A stretch of DNA of 64,000 nucleotides from Alkalispirochaeta sp. Its GTDB lineage: Bacteria; Spirochaetota; Spirochaetia; DSM-27196; Alkalispirochaetaceae. Every line of letters starts with the position of its first letter. Positions within the stretch are counted from its first letter, which is position 1. The stretch lies in contig OZ271836.1 in the NCBI GenBank assembly GCA_965601745.1, positions 2,147,222 through 2,211,221 of the forward strand, read 5' to 3'. The notes under the pieces are model-generated. The model was not told the DNA's origin and did not search any database. It saw only the letters and a program-made list of their open reading frames with translations. Shown one piece after another: positions 36,315 to 45,267 of the stretch. The position numbers and the translations under genes are program-made.

Positions 36315-37415
36315 GTGAACAGATCGGATCGACTGCTTCTTGAAGGCGCCTTTCTGGCAATCCTCCTTGTGTTTTCCCTCGCCTTTTTGCGCCTGATGCA
36401 GCCATTTCTCTTGAGCATCTTTATCGCCCTTGTCCTAGCGAACATCTTTCGACGCCCGTTTGCGCGAGTTGCAAAGGCGACCGGCCGTGTCCGACTCGCA
36501 GCGACCTTTACGATTTTTCTCGTTCTCCTTGTTATCGCGGTACCCGTCGCCGTCGTTACCGGCCTTGTATCGAGCGAGATAGCGATGGCCGTCGGTAACG
36601 TCAGGGCAAACTGGAGTTCGATACAAGGTTCGTTCTCCGTTACTGCGATTGCCGATCGAATCGAGGCTCTCCCACTCGTCGGAACGATCTTTGAACAGAT
36701 GCCGACGCTCAACCTCGAGGAAGAGATACGCAGTATCGTCGCAACATCCACCGACTACCTGATGCGTGTTTCCCAACGCTCGATCGGTAACGCCACTGCG
36801 GCCGTTTTTAACTTTCTGATCACGCTTTTGTTACTCTTTTTCTTTCTCACCGATGGTCCGCGACTCGTACGTCGTCTGTACAAAACGATCCCGATCCCTA
36901 ACGAAGAGATCGATCAGATAGTCACCGAGACGTTTAACACGACCAGCGCGACGCTCATCAGCACGATCATCATCGGTCTTATGGAAGGAAGCCTTGCGAC
37001 GATCCTCTTTCTGGTGTTTGGCCTTCCGAGCCCCTTTTTGTGGGGTGTGATTACGATGATTCTCTCGATGATCCCGCTCATCGGAACCAACCTCGTACTT
37101 ATCCCGACGGGATTGCTCACCCTGATCGGCGGTCGTCCAATAGCTGGTCTGGCGATCATCCTCACCGGTGCGATCGGCGTCGCGATCACGCAAAACGTGA
37201 TAAAGCCTAAACTACTCGGCGATCGAAGTGGTCTTAACCCCGCGCTGGCACTTCTCTCCACGATCGGGGGGATCGCCTGGCTCGGTTTAATCGGCTTTTT
37301 GATCGGTCCGGTCGTCGCAGCGCTGTTTGTTGTCGTCTGGCGCCAGTTTGCCATGCGCTATCAAGGATTGCTCGAAGACAAGAACTCGAGTGTCGGAACG
37401 GAGGAGGCCCCGTGA
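36315..37415 (+). CDS. AI-2E family transporter (PerM-like permease)
   Basis: Polytopic membrane protein with the typical AI-2E C-terminal region (IPLIG..., PKLLGDRSGLNP). Start is uncertain; GTG 36315 is chosen as the first start clear of the divergent gene. Confidence 0.8.
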   Translation: MNRSDRLLLEGAFLAILLVFSLAFLRLMQPFLLSIFIALVLANIFRRPFARVAKATGRVRLAATFTIFLVLLVIAVPVAVVTGLVSSEIAMAVGNVRANWSSIQGSFSVTAIADRIEALPLVGTIFEQMPTLNLEEEIRSIVATSTDYLMRVSQRSIGNATAAVFNFLITLLLLFFFLTDGPRLVRRLYKTIPIPNEEIDQIVTETFNTTSATLISTIIIGLMEGSLATILFLVFGLPSPFLWGVITMILSMIPLIGTNLVLIPTGLLTLIGGRPIAGLAIILTGAIGVAITQNVIKPKLLGDRSGLNPALALLSTIGGIAWLGLIGFLIGPVVAALFVVVWRQFAMRYQGLLEDKNSSVGTEEAP

Positions 37416-37741
37416 CGCCGATCGGATCTGTCGCCGAGATCGAACAGACAGTCGCGACACATCCCTTTGTTCTTATCTACTTCTCGCGACGCGGTTGCGG
37501 CGTATGTGCCGACCTCAAACCACGCGTCGAGGCGCTCGGCCGTCGGTTTTTATCCCTTGTTATCCGAGAGATCGATCTCGACGATCACCCGGAAGCGGCG
37601 GGTAGCTATTCGATCTTCACGATCCCGGGGATTCTCGTGTTTGTAGACGGCCGCGAGTCGATACGAGAGGCCCGTTTTGTTTCGATTGACAAACTCGCGA
37701 CCAGGATGGAGCGTCTCTATGACCTGCGCTTTGCGTCGTAG
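37412..37741 (+). CDS. Thioredoxin-like protein (CGVC)
   Basis: 109 aa, FSRRGCGVCADLKP... thioredoxin fold. GTGA overlap with the permease stop. Confidence 0.7.
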   Translation: MTPIGSVAEIEQTVATHPFVLIYFSRRGCGVCADLKPRVEALGRRFLSLVIREIDLDDHPEAAGSYSIFTIPGILVFVDGRESIREARFVSIDKLATRMERLYDLRFAS

Positions 37742-39182
37742 CGCTCTCACGCTCGGCGTTCTCGTTCTCGCGACAACAGTTCTCGGCGCCCAGAACTGGA
37801 GCGACAAACGAACGCCGCGAATCGTTCCGGGAGATCAGATCCGCTCGATCGTTTCGACGGAGACCGGTAGTACCCGGTTTAGCCTCGCCGTACCGACCAA
37901 CGCGTTCTTACTCGACATCCAGATCGACGATTCACCCGCGGACCTCGACATCATTCTCTATAGAGATGGTGATCTTGTTGCGTTCTCGGAGCTAACGCAG
38001 TTTAACGAGCACCTTCGCCTGACGAGGATTTCAGACCCCGCGCTTGAATCGGGTACGTACGAGATCGAAATCGCTTACCAGTACCCGCAAGCACCGATCG
38101 TCGACGGACAAACGCTCACGGAGATACCGTTTGGCTTGACAGTCGGACTCCCGACACCGGTGACGCGCAGTACGCTTCGACCCGGCGACGCGATTCGTGA
38201 CCGCCTCCAGCCCGCGGAGGGGATGATCGCAATCTACGACATTGAGGTTCCCGAGGGCGCCGCTGCGCTCCGAATCGACATCAGCGAAACAAGTGCCGAT
38301 GTCGACCTGTTTCTCAACCGCCTCGACGTGACGCTCGATCTGTTTGAGTCCGACCACTGGGCGCAAACGATCCGGTCTACGGAAACGCTTGTCGTGGACG
38401 CCGACAGTCGTCCGGCGTTGCAAGCCGGGCGCTACTCGCTTGTGGTCATCGATCAGCTCGTCGCGGATTACGAAACTGAATTCGACCTCAGCATTTCGGC
38501 CTCAGCCGAAGCGCCGGCCGCCCTTCGCGGGCCGATCCAACGGCTACCGACTCCCGAACGCGACCTCGATCGTGCGGTCCTGGCAACCGTTGAGCTCCTG
38601 ACAGAGTCCGGCGGCGGTTCGGGCGTGATCGTGAGCCCAACGGGGCACATTCTCAGCAACTGGCACGTCGTCGTTGCGGATTCGGGCGATCCCCAGGAGG
38701 AGATCTCCGTCGGCATATCGATCGATCCGTCTCTTCCCGCCGAGGAGATCTTTATGGCACGGGTCGTCGACGCGATACCGGAACGCGACCTCGCCCTCCT
38801 CGAGATTACGAGCGGTCGCTACGGACAGCCGATCCCGCGTGGGATGCGCTTTCCCTACCTTGAATGCGCCCCGATCGATTCGGCCAGGATCGGCGATCAG
38901 CTGCACCTTCTCGGCTACCCCTCGATCGGAGGAACGGGTTCGCGTGTTTCGATTACCTATAGCCGTGGGGTTGTCGCCGGATTTCAGACCGTGCCGTTTG
39001 GCCGCCTCATCAAGACCGACGGTGAGATTAACGAAGGGAGCTCGGGCGGCGCCGCGCTTGACGAGCGCTTTGAACTGCTCGGTCTACCGACGGAGGTCGT
39101 CGGTCTCGACGCAGGGCAGATCGCCTACATCTATCCGGTCTCGGCGATTCCGTCGTCGTGGCGACAGATAATCAGGCGCTAG
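37719..39182 (+). CDS. Secreted trypsin-like serine protease with two N-terminal PPC-like domains
   Basis: Start at ATG 37719 gives the signal peptide MTCALRRSALTLGVLVLATTVLGA. Two repeats with ADLDIILY / ADVDLFL. C-terminal chymotrypsin fold (SNWHVV, DLALLEI, GSSGGA). Confidence 0.8.
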   Translation: MTCALRRSALTLGVLVLATTVLGAQNWSDKRTPRIVPGDQIRSIVSTETGSTRFSLAVPTNAFLLDIQIDDSPADLDIILYRDGDLVAFSELTQFNEHLRLTRISDPALESGTYEIEIAYQYPQAPIVDGQTLTEIPFGLTVGLPTPVTRSTLRPGDAIRDRLQPAEGMIAIYDIEVPEGAAALRIDISETSADVDLFLNRLDVTLDLFESDHWAQTIRSTETLVVDADSRPALQAGRYSLVVIDQLVADYETEFDLSISASAEAPAALRGPIQRLPTPERDLDRAVLATVELLTESGGGSGVIVSPTGHILSNWHVVVADSGDPQEEISVGISIDPSLPAEEIFMARVVDAIPERDLALLEITSGRYGQPIPRGMRFPYLECAPIDSARIGDQLHLLGYPSIGGTGSRVSITYSRGVVAGFQTVPFGRLIKTDGEINEGSSGGAALDERFELLGLPTEVVGLDAGQIAYIYPVSAIPSSWRQIIRR

Positions 39183-40251
39183 CGGGAGTCGCTCGGCTCA
39201 GCTGCAATGGGCGCACACGACGCCGATAGAGCCGCCGGGCCAAGTAGTGCAGTTGGCGCGAGTTGTGTTTAATAAGCTCGTTGGCGGTCGCCTCGAGCCG
39301 TTTCATGTTTTGCTCCGAGGCGTCATCCATCTCTTCGGTAGAATCGTCGAGCGAGAAGTTAAAACGGTAATATTCAATTCCCGGCAGATTGGCGAGGGCG
39401 TACGCAACCGTCTCACTCTGCCCATCCGCGACCATCGCCGACAGGGGTACCCCCTCAAACGGCGAAATCCAATCGAGGAAACCCCAACGGCGGATTCGTT
39501 CAAACGGGAACTCCCTCCCGCTCCGTCCGGTACCGAGACTCACGATGAGAAACTTTCGGGCGTCGGGGTAGCATCGTCGCGCTTCTATGTACGCGCTGAG
39601 CGCCGGGTTATTAGCGACAAGACCGCCGTCCACGAGAGTGTAACGCTCCCCGTCCATACTCGTAACCAGAGCAGGTTCAAAGAACGTCGGGGCGGCGCTT
39701 GTCGCCCGGGCAACGTCGCGCAAGAGGAAATCATGTGGTTCGCCCCGTCGACGCCGTGGTTCGGGGTCGAAATGTTTGAAAAAAAACGGTGTTCGATGAT
39801 CGGTGTCGTATGCAGCGATAATCACGTTGGCGACGCAGTCGCTGAGCTTATCCTCGCCAAACAAGTCGAGGAGGATTCTCTCCCAGGGAGCGTGGTCGTA
39901 CTTGTGAATAATCGCCTGGCGAACCGCGCCGATCGGTCCACCGGCTCGCGGCGGAAAAATCGCCGGAGCGGTACGCCGATACACCGCGGCGATCGACGCC
40001 GGATCCAGAGGTTGAGGCTTGGCCAGACCGAGGGCCAACAACGCGCCGGTCGATGTCCCGGCGAAAAAATCAAATATACGATGAGCTTCGACCGGACCGA
40101 CGTCGTTCCGATGGTGCGGCATTCGGTACCAACGAGATACGCCGGAGAGATAACAGATTCGGCGAAGAAGGTCTTTGAGAACGAGTGCCGGGACGATTCC
40201 CCGGACGCCACCTCCATCGACCGAAAGGACCGTTATCGTCCGGTCTTTCAT
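39172..40251 (-). CDS. Patatin-like phospholipase
   Basis: 359 aa with oxyanion DGGGVRG, nucleophile GTSTG and catalytic DGG motifs. Confidence 0.9.
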   Translation of the reverse strand: MKDRTITVLSVDGGGVRGIVPALVLKDLLRRICYLSGVSRWYRMPHHRNDVGPVEAHRIFDFFAGTSTGALLALGLAKPQPLDPASIAAVYRRTAPAIFPPRAGGPIGAVRQAIIHKYDHAPWERILLDLFGEDKLSDCVANVIIAAYDTDHRTPFFFKHFDPEPRRRRGEPHDFLLRDVARATSAAPTFFEPALVTSMDGERYTLVDGGLVANNPALSAYIEARRCYPDARKFLIVSLGTGRSGREFPFERIRRWGFLDWISPFEGVPLSAMVADGQSETVAYALANLPGIEYYRFNFSLDDSTEEMDDASEQNMKRLEATANELIKHNSRQLHYLARRLYRRRVRPLQLSRATPASA

Positions 40252-40838
40252 CCCCGAGCGATAAGCGCGTCTAGATCAGCCAGTGCATTAGTGAGCGCTT
40301 CGCGATAGTGGCCTTGAAGGTCGGCGAGATTCTCCTGAAGGACCTTGGCAAATTCCGGATCGGTAGCCGGATCAATTTTGACCGGGCGGCCGTACTGCTG
40401 GGATAACTGCTGCTCTCGCTGTCTGATTCGCGGCTCGTACTGTTGGCGAAGGCGCTCGATAAACTGCGTCCGATCACCAAGGTACTGCGAGAGAAACTGC
40501 TTGAGCTGTTGCATAACTGATTTTACGCTAGCGCTGTCTTTGGCGAGAGCCTCGAGGGCGAGCTCTACAACGTCGAGATCGTCGAGATCCCGCTCCGCCT
40601 GCGGAAGCACGATGTTCGCCTTTACGACCTCATAAAATCCCTCTCGAACCCACGAACGTTTACTCTCGTCGACCTGCTTGAGGGCGCCGGCGATATCAAA
40701 GCTCGCGTCCTCCCGGAGCGTGGCAAATAGACGTTTACCCTCTGTACGCGCCTCGTTTTTATGAAGCGCCTCGGGGTCGCTCTTTATGTCCGCCGTGCGT
40801 TCCATTGCACGCTCAAACGCAGATTTTATTTCTCCCAT
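40248..40838 (-). CDS. Hypothetical all-helical protein (196 aa)
   Basis: Start at ATG (complement 40836-40838, MGEIKSAFERAMERT...). Charged, heptad-like sequence with no family recognised. ATGA overlap with the patatin start. Confidence 0.55.
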   Translation of the reverse strand: MGEIKSAFERAMERTADIKSDPEALHKNEARTEGKRLFATLREDASFDIAGALKQVDESKRSWVREGFYEVVKANIVLPQAERDLDDLDVVELALEALAKDSASVKSVMQQLKQFLSQYLGDRTQFIERLRQQYEPRIRQREQQLSQQYGRPVKIDPATDPEFAKVLQENLADLQGHYREALTNALADLDALIARG

Positions 40839-40899
40839 GACAAAAATATAACAGGAAGCGTGGCGACGCGAAAGCGCGCCTCGACCACATAAGACGCGG

Positions 40900-42252
40900 A
40901 TGCTACAGTACCGCATGCACGTCAGACAGCTGCGCGAGCGCTTTAGCTCGGCGTTGATTCTCGAGAATCCGCACACCTCGCTTGACGAACAACTCGTCAC
41001 CCAAGGACTAAGCGTCGAGCGCCTCCCGGAACGGGACACTCGCGATCGAGATCACGTTATCTCGCGCCTCAGCGAGGGAAACCACGACCTCCTGTTTAAG
41101 CGGAGCCGCTTTGTCGTGGACGCGGCCGTTCTCGATGCGGCCCCCCAACTCGCCGCGGTCATGCTCTGCTGTATCGGCGACGACTCGGTCGACAAGGAAG
41201 CTTGTGCCGAACGCGGCGTCTTGGTCCTCAACGATCCGGTCTCCAATGGGCGATCGGTGGCCGAGATGGTAATCGGGGAGATGATCTGTCTCGCCCGACG
41301 CATATTTATCTCGCACGAAGCCGGTCGCGAGCACATGTGGACCAAGGACTCCCAGGGGCGCTTCGAGCTCCTGGGGCGGACGATCGCCGTTATCGGGCTC
41401 GGAAATATCGGTCGGCAGGTCGCCAAGCTCGCCGAAAGCTTTGGGATGCAGGTGATCTTCTTTGACCGTTCTCCAGTTGCCCGAGAGGTAGGCCAGGCGT
41501 TTGGATGGCGAGCGTGCGGATCGATGGAGGAGGCGTTTCGCTTGGCGGACGTCGTGAGCCTCCACCTTTCGGCGGAGGATCCGGACGGTCGGCGCAACAC
41601 CGACATCATCGGCGAGAATCTCTTCCAACAGCTCGGTGCGGGCCGGAGCGATCCGACGCCTCGCGTGTTTATCAACGCGGCGAGAGGTTTTCTCTACGAT
41701 CCGGACGCGTTACGGAGCGCGATCGCCGCCGGTAACGTCCGCGCCGCCGCGGTCGACGTATTTCCCGACGAGCCGGGAAGTGCCGACGAGGCTTGGACAA
41801 ATCCGTACGCCGATGAATCCGCCGTCACGACAACACCGCATATCGGCGCCGCGACCGAAGAGGCGCAACCACGCATCGCTTCCCACATGGCCGAGAGTGC
41901 GCGCCTGTTTAACCAGTTAGGAACGGTCCGCGATACGGTATTTCGCCCCAAACTCGAGATGGGCGTCGCCGCCGAGTCCGGGCAGTGGATTCTCTCGGTC
42001 GTACACTCAGATACGCGCGGTACCAAAAAAGCGATCGCTGACGCAATCTACGACGCCGGCGCCAACAACCTCGATTCGAGTCACCACGATTTTCCGCGCT
42101 ACGGTATCGCCTACGAGCTGTCGGTAATAGACGAGCCGTTGAGTAACGGACAGCTCGATCGTCTTGTCGAATCTGCGGCCGCCCTCACCGGGGACAAACG
42201 GGCGATACGCTCGCTACGGCAGTTTCCAGCGCCGGAACGGAAGTCGGTATGA
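40900..42252 (+). CDS. D-3-phosphoglycerate dehydrogenase-like 2-hydroxyacid dehydrogenase with C-terminal regulatory domain
   Basis: 450 aa with NAD motif GLGNIGRQVA and the catalytic R...E...H arrangement (INAARG, PHIGAAT). C-terminal ~100 aa ACT-like. Confidence 0.8.
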   Translation: MLQYRMHVRQLRERFSSALILENPHTSLDEQLVTQGLSVERLPERDTRDRDHVISRLSEGNHDLLFKRSRFVVDAAVLDAAPQLAAVMLCCIGDDSVDKEACAERGVLVLNDPVSNGRSVAEMVIGEMICLARRIFISHEAGREHMWTKDSQGRFELLGRTIAVIGLGNIGRQVAKLAESFGMQVIFFDRSPVAREVGQAFGWRACGSMEEAFRLADVVSLHLSAEDPDGRRNTDIIGENLFQQLGAGRSDPTPRVFINAARGFLYDPDALRSAIAAGNVRAAAVDVFPDEPGSADEAWTNPYADESAVTTTPHIGAATEEAQPRIASHMAESARLFNQLGTVRDTVFRPKLEMGVAAESGQWILSVVHSDTRGTKKAIADAIYDAGANNLDSSHHDFPRYGIAYELSVIDEPLSNGQLDRLVESAAALTGDKRAIRSLRQFPAPERKSV

Positions 42253-43601
42253 TCCCCATAGTTGACGAGATCCTGGCGCGTTATCGGGACCGCTTGGAGA
42301 CTCGCGCTGTTCTGATCGACCACGAGGCAATTGAACGCTCTCTCCCCGTCCTCCAATCGGAACTCGGGACGGAACTCTGGCTTGTTGTCAGCGATGAACA
42401 AACCTGGAATGCGGCCGGAGACCGTACGGTCGCCGCGCTAGAGGCGGGAGGTCAACGCTGGCAGCGGTGGGATGCGCCGCCGGGCGCCCATGAATCGCCG
42501 GTCTGCGACGAGCAAAGCGTTGCCGCCTGTCGTGACGCGATCATTGCCGCCGGTGCTGGAGCGGCGCTCGCCATCGGAAGCGGTACGCTTAACGACATCG
42601 CCAAGTTTGGCGCTTATAAAGCCGGCGTTCCCGCGGGCTGTATCGCCACAGCGCCGAGCATGAACGGTTACACGTCGAGCATCGCCGCGGTTCTGTCGGA
42701 CGGCATAAAAACGACGCAAGCGTGCACGCCGACGCGGGTGATCATCGGCGATGTCGCCGTACTCTCGTCGGCGCCGGCTGAGCTCATCCAAAGTGGGATC
42801 GGCGACCTGGCATCAAAACCGGTCTCAAACGCCGATTGGGTGATAAGCGCTCATTTGACCGGGAGCGTCCATTCAGCGGACGCCGAGTCGGTCATCGCCG
42901 AATCGTGGAAGCTACTGGACGGGATCGCCCCCGGTCTAGCGCGACGCGATCCTCGTACGGTTGAGCGACTTTTTTCCTCATTGATTCTCTCCGGATTCGC
43001 GATGAACGTCGCGGGTAGTTCCGCGCCCGCGAGTGGAGGCGAACACCTCATCAGCCACTATCTCGATATGGTCGCAATCGCCGCGGGGCGAGAACACGAC
43101 CTGCACGGACGACAGGTCGGCGTCGGTACGGTTACGGCCGCCCTCCTCTACGAGAAACTCCTCGCGCTCGATGCCGCGACGATCGATCCCGACGGACGAG
43201 CCGACGCGCTCGATCCGATTGCCGTACACGAGTCGCTCATTCGCAAGCGCTTTGGCGACCTTGCCGAATCCGTCTTGCCCCATGCGCGCGCCGGCTATCC
43301 GGAACCGAAGGTTCTTCGCGAGCGCCTGACGCTGCTCAAAAACAACTGGTCGACGATTATGACCGAGGCCCGCACGACGTTACGATCCGCGGAAGAGATC
43401 GCGCGCGAGCTTCGATCGGCCGGTGCTCCCGTCACCTACCGTGAGATCGGCGTCGATCGCGACGCGGCGTTTCGAGCGATTGTGCATTCGCGCGACATAC
43501 GGTCTCGCTATACGATTCTGGACCTCGTCTGGGAGCTCGGTCATCTGGAGGAGTGGGCCGATGAGGCGCTTGATACGATTGAACGGGGCTTTCCCGAGTA
43601 G
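42249..43601 (+). CDS. sn-Glycerol-1-phosphate dehydrogenase family (Fe-ADH_2-type) protein
   Basis: 450 aa, GSGTLNDIAK, GDLASK, SGGEHLISHYL...HGRQVG motifs. ATGA overlap with the upstream gene. Confidence 0.72.
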   Translation: MIPIVDEILARYRDRLETRAVLIDHEAIERSLPVLQSELGTELWLVVSDEQTWNAAGDRTVAALEAGGQRWQRWDAPPGAHESPVCDEQSVAACRDAIIAAGAGAALAIGSGTLNDIAKFGAYKAGVPAGCIATAPSMNGYTSSIAAVLSDGIKTTQACTPTRVIIGDVAVLSSAPAELIQSGIGDLASKPVSNADWVISAHLTGSVHSADAESVIAESWKLLDGIAPGLARRDPRTVERLFSSLILSGFAMNVAGSSAPASGGEHLISHYLDMVAIAAGREHDLHGRQVGVGTVTAALLYEKLLALDAATIDPDGRADALDPIAVHESLIRKRFGDLAESVLPHARAGYPEPKVLRERLTLLKNNWSTIMTEARTTLRSAEEIARELRSAGAPVTYREIGVDRDAAFRAIVHSRDIRSRYTILDLVWELGHLEEWADEALDTIERGFPE

Positions 43602-43669
43602 AAATTGTCGAATTTCGGAAAGATCTCCGCGGTCGCTTGACATGTGACGCGTTTTGTTCGATTATATTG

Positions 43670-43683
43670 ACCGACCGGTCGGT
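43670..43683. promoter_or_regulatory. Perfect 14-bp palindrome ACCGACCGGTCGGT (candidate TetR operator 1)
   Basis: Read directly. It lies 25 bp upstream of the TetR ATG (43709). Confidence 0.6.
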
Positions 43684-43708
43684 TATTAAACTAAAGAAGG
43701 AGAACGCT

Positions 43709-44299
43709 ATGCCCCGCCCCGACGTGCGCGACGAACGAGTTCCACAAATCCTCGATGCGGCGACACGCGTGTTTAGCGGTCACGGGATCGACGGAGCAAG
43801 CATGTCCCAGATCGCATCGACCGCCGACGTCAGCAAAGCGACCATCTATCACTACTTCGCGAGCAAGGATGAACTCGTCCTCGCGCTTGTTGAGCGTCTA
43901 TTTGCGGCGGACCGCGACTCAATCGCGCGGCTCTCCACCGACCGCGAACTGGGAGCGGCCCGATTCCTGCGCTACGCCGAGGAACTATCTCAGCTCCTCT
44001 CCGTTGAGCGGGGCCTCGCCTCGGTATTTGCCGAGATAAAGGCGCGGACGATTCGCGTGCCCCGGATTCGCCCCGCGGTAACGCGCCATTTTGCGCGGTA
44101 TCGCGATGCCTGCGCGACGGCGATCGCGCAAGGTATCGAAGACGGCTGGGTCGAACCGACAAGCGATGTCGATCGCGCCGCCGAGGTCTTTATCGTGACG
44201 ATCGAAGGAGCGATTATCATGTCTGAGTTTAGCCAAGAGAATCTCTCGTCGCTCATGGTTGCGGCGGTCGAGCATTTTGTTCGTTCGATCGCCCCGTAG
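43709..44299 (+). CDS. TetR/AcrR-family transcriptional regulator
   Basis: ATG 43709 after AAGGAG. HTH MSQIASTADVSKATIYHYFASKDEL. Confidence 0.85.
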   Translation: MPRPDVRDERVPQILDAATRVFSGHGIDGASMSQIASTADVSKATIYHYFASKDELVLALVERLFAADRDSIARLSTDRELGAARFLRYAEELSQLLSVERGLASVFAEIKARTIRVPRIRPAVTRHFARYRDACATAIAQGIEDGWVEPTSDVDRAAEVFIVTIEGAIIMSEFSQENLSSLMVAAVEHFVRSIAP

Positions 44300-44330
44300 C
44301 GCGGAACACGTTTTGTTTGATCAATAATTG

Positions 44331-44344
44331 ACCGACTGGTCGGT
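44331..44344. promoter_or_regulatory. Near-palindrome ACCGACTGGTCGGT (candidate TetR operator 2)
   Basis: Same site with one central change, embedded in flanks about 80% identical to operator 1. It lies 24 bp upstream of ATG 44368. Confidence 0.55.
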
Positions 44345-44367
44345 TATAAATAAAGGAAGGAGAGAAT

Positions 44368-44979
44368 ATGAGTCATACCCAACACACAACGGCGATCAAC
44401 TGGAACGCCCCCGAACCAAACGGCGCGTTTGACCGCTTTGTTGGCCCTGGAGCAACCAATACCGAACTCCTGCTCCAGATCGGCGGTGCTGTGGCGTCGG
44501 CGGTCTTTATCGTGATTATCGCCGCCTACGCAGACCTTGGTTGGACGATCGTCCAAAACATCGTCGCCGCGTTTTTAGCGTTGGACATCGCCGGCGGGAT
44601 TATCACAAATGCGACGAGTTCCGGAAAGCGCTGGTACCACCGCGCCGGCCAGGGCACGGCACAGCATATGACCTTTGTGGCGCTCCACGTTATTCAGCCG
44701 CTCTTGGTCGTCGTGTTCTTCGATCTCGGAAACTGGTGGTTTGTCATCGGCGGTTACGGCTACGCGCTTATCGCGGCGTCGATTATCCTATACGTCCCGC
44801 TCTACCTTCAGCGGCCGATAGCCGGATTGCTATTAGCAGTAGGAATCGCGCTCAGCCTCTATGTGATCCCCGTTCCAAGGTACTTCGAGTGGTTTCTCCC
44901 ACTCTACTTCATCAAACTGTTGTTCAGTCATCTACTGCGTGAGGAGCCGTATCGCCCCCGCGACGACGTTCTATCGTAG
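44368..44979 (+). CDS. Hypothetical polytopic membrane protein
   Basis: 203 aa with about 5 hydrophobic helices. SD GGAAGGAG. Downstream of TetR operator 2. Confidence 0.6.
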   Translation: MSHTQHTTAINWNAPEPNGAFDRFVGPGATNTELLLQIGGAVASAVFIVIIAAYADLGWTIVQNIVAAFLALDIAGGIITNATSSGKRWYHRAGQGTAQHMTFVALHVIQPLLVVVFFDLGNWWFVIGGYGYALIAASIILYVPLYLQRPIAGLLLAVGIALSLYVIPVPRYFEWFLPLYFIKLLFSHLLREEPYRPRDDVLS

Positions 44980-45050
44980 ACGCCTACACAGGGCCTACCT
45001 CACCCCGATCGGAAAGTCTTGCGGCGGTAGAAACAGCTGGGGAAACTGCA

Positions 45051-45076
45051 ACTGACCGGTGTGCTCCTCGGTCAGT
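45051..45076 (+). terminator. 8-bp perfect hairpin ACTGACCG-N10-CGGTCAGT downstream of the membrane-protein gene
   Basis: Read directly. No clear U-tract follows (TGTGGT), so terminator function is uncertain. Confidence 0.3.
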
Positions 45077-45267
45077 TGTGGTACCGCCTCATCGGCGTAG
45101 AGCAACAGTTGCCCAACCGTCACCTGAGCCGAACTCGGACCGGCACCGCCGAGAGCAGAATACACAGAATAGTTGACCATATTCCTAAGGTTATAGATCA
45201 TAGCAATTATGTACGTACTCTTCGATACGGCATCATGAACAACCGTTAGATCTGATAGGAGAATCGC

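Noticed and set aside
36278-36751. N-terminal extensions of track ORFs: 35048..36751, 31479..33026, 10600..11550, 52157..53596, 40248..41039, 48272..48841, 48657..49175 and 26587..28434.
   Set aside because: The extensions overlap neighbouring or divergent genes and have junk-like composition. In each case an internal ATG/GTG with an SD matches the conserved family N-terminus.
39779-39786. A8/T8 homopolymer runs inside coding regions: patatin at 39779-39786 and the Fe-S membrane protein at 62936-62943. Considered as possible phase-variation tracts.
   Set aside because: The runs are short and encode sensible FFF and KKKK segments in frame. There is no evidence of slippage from a single sequence.
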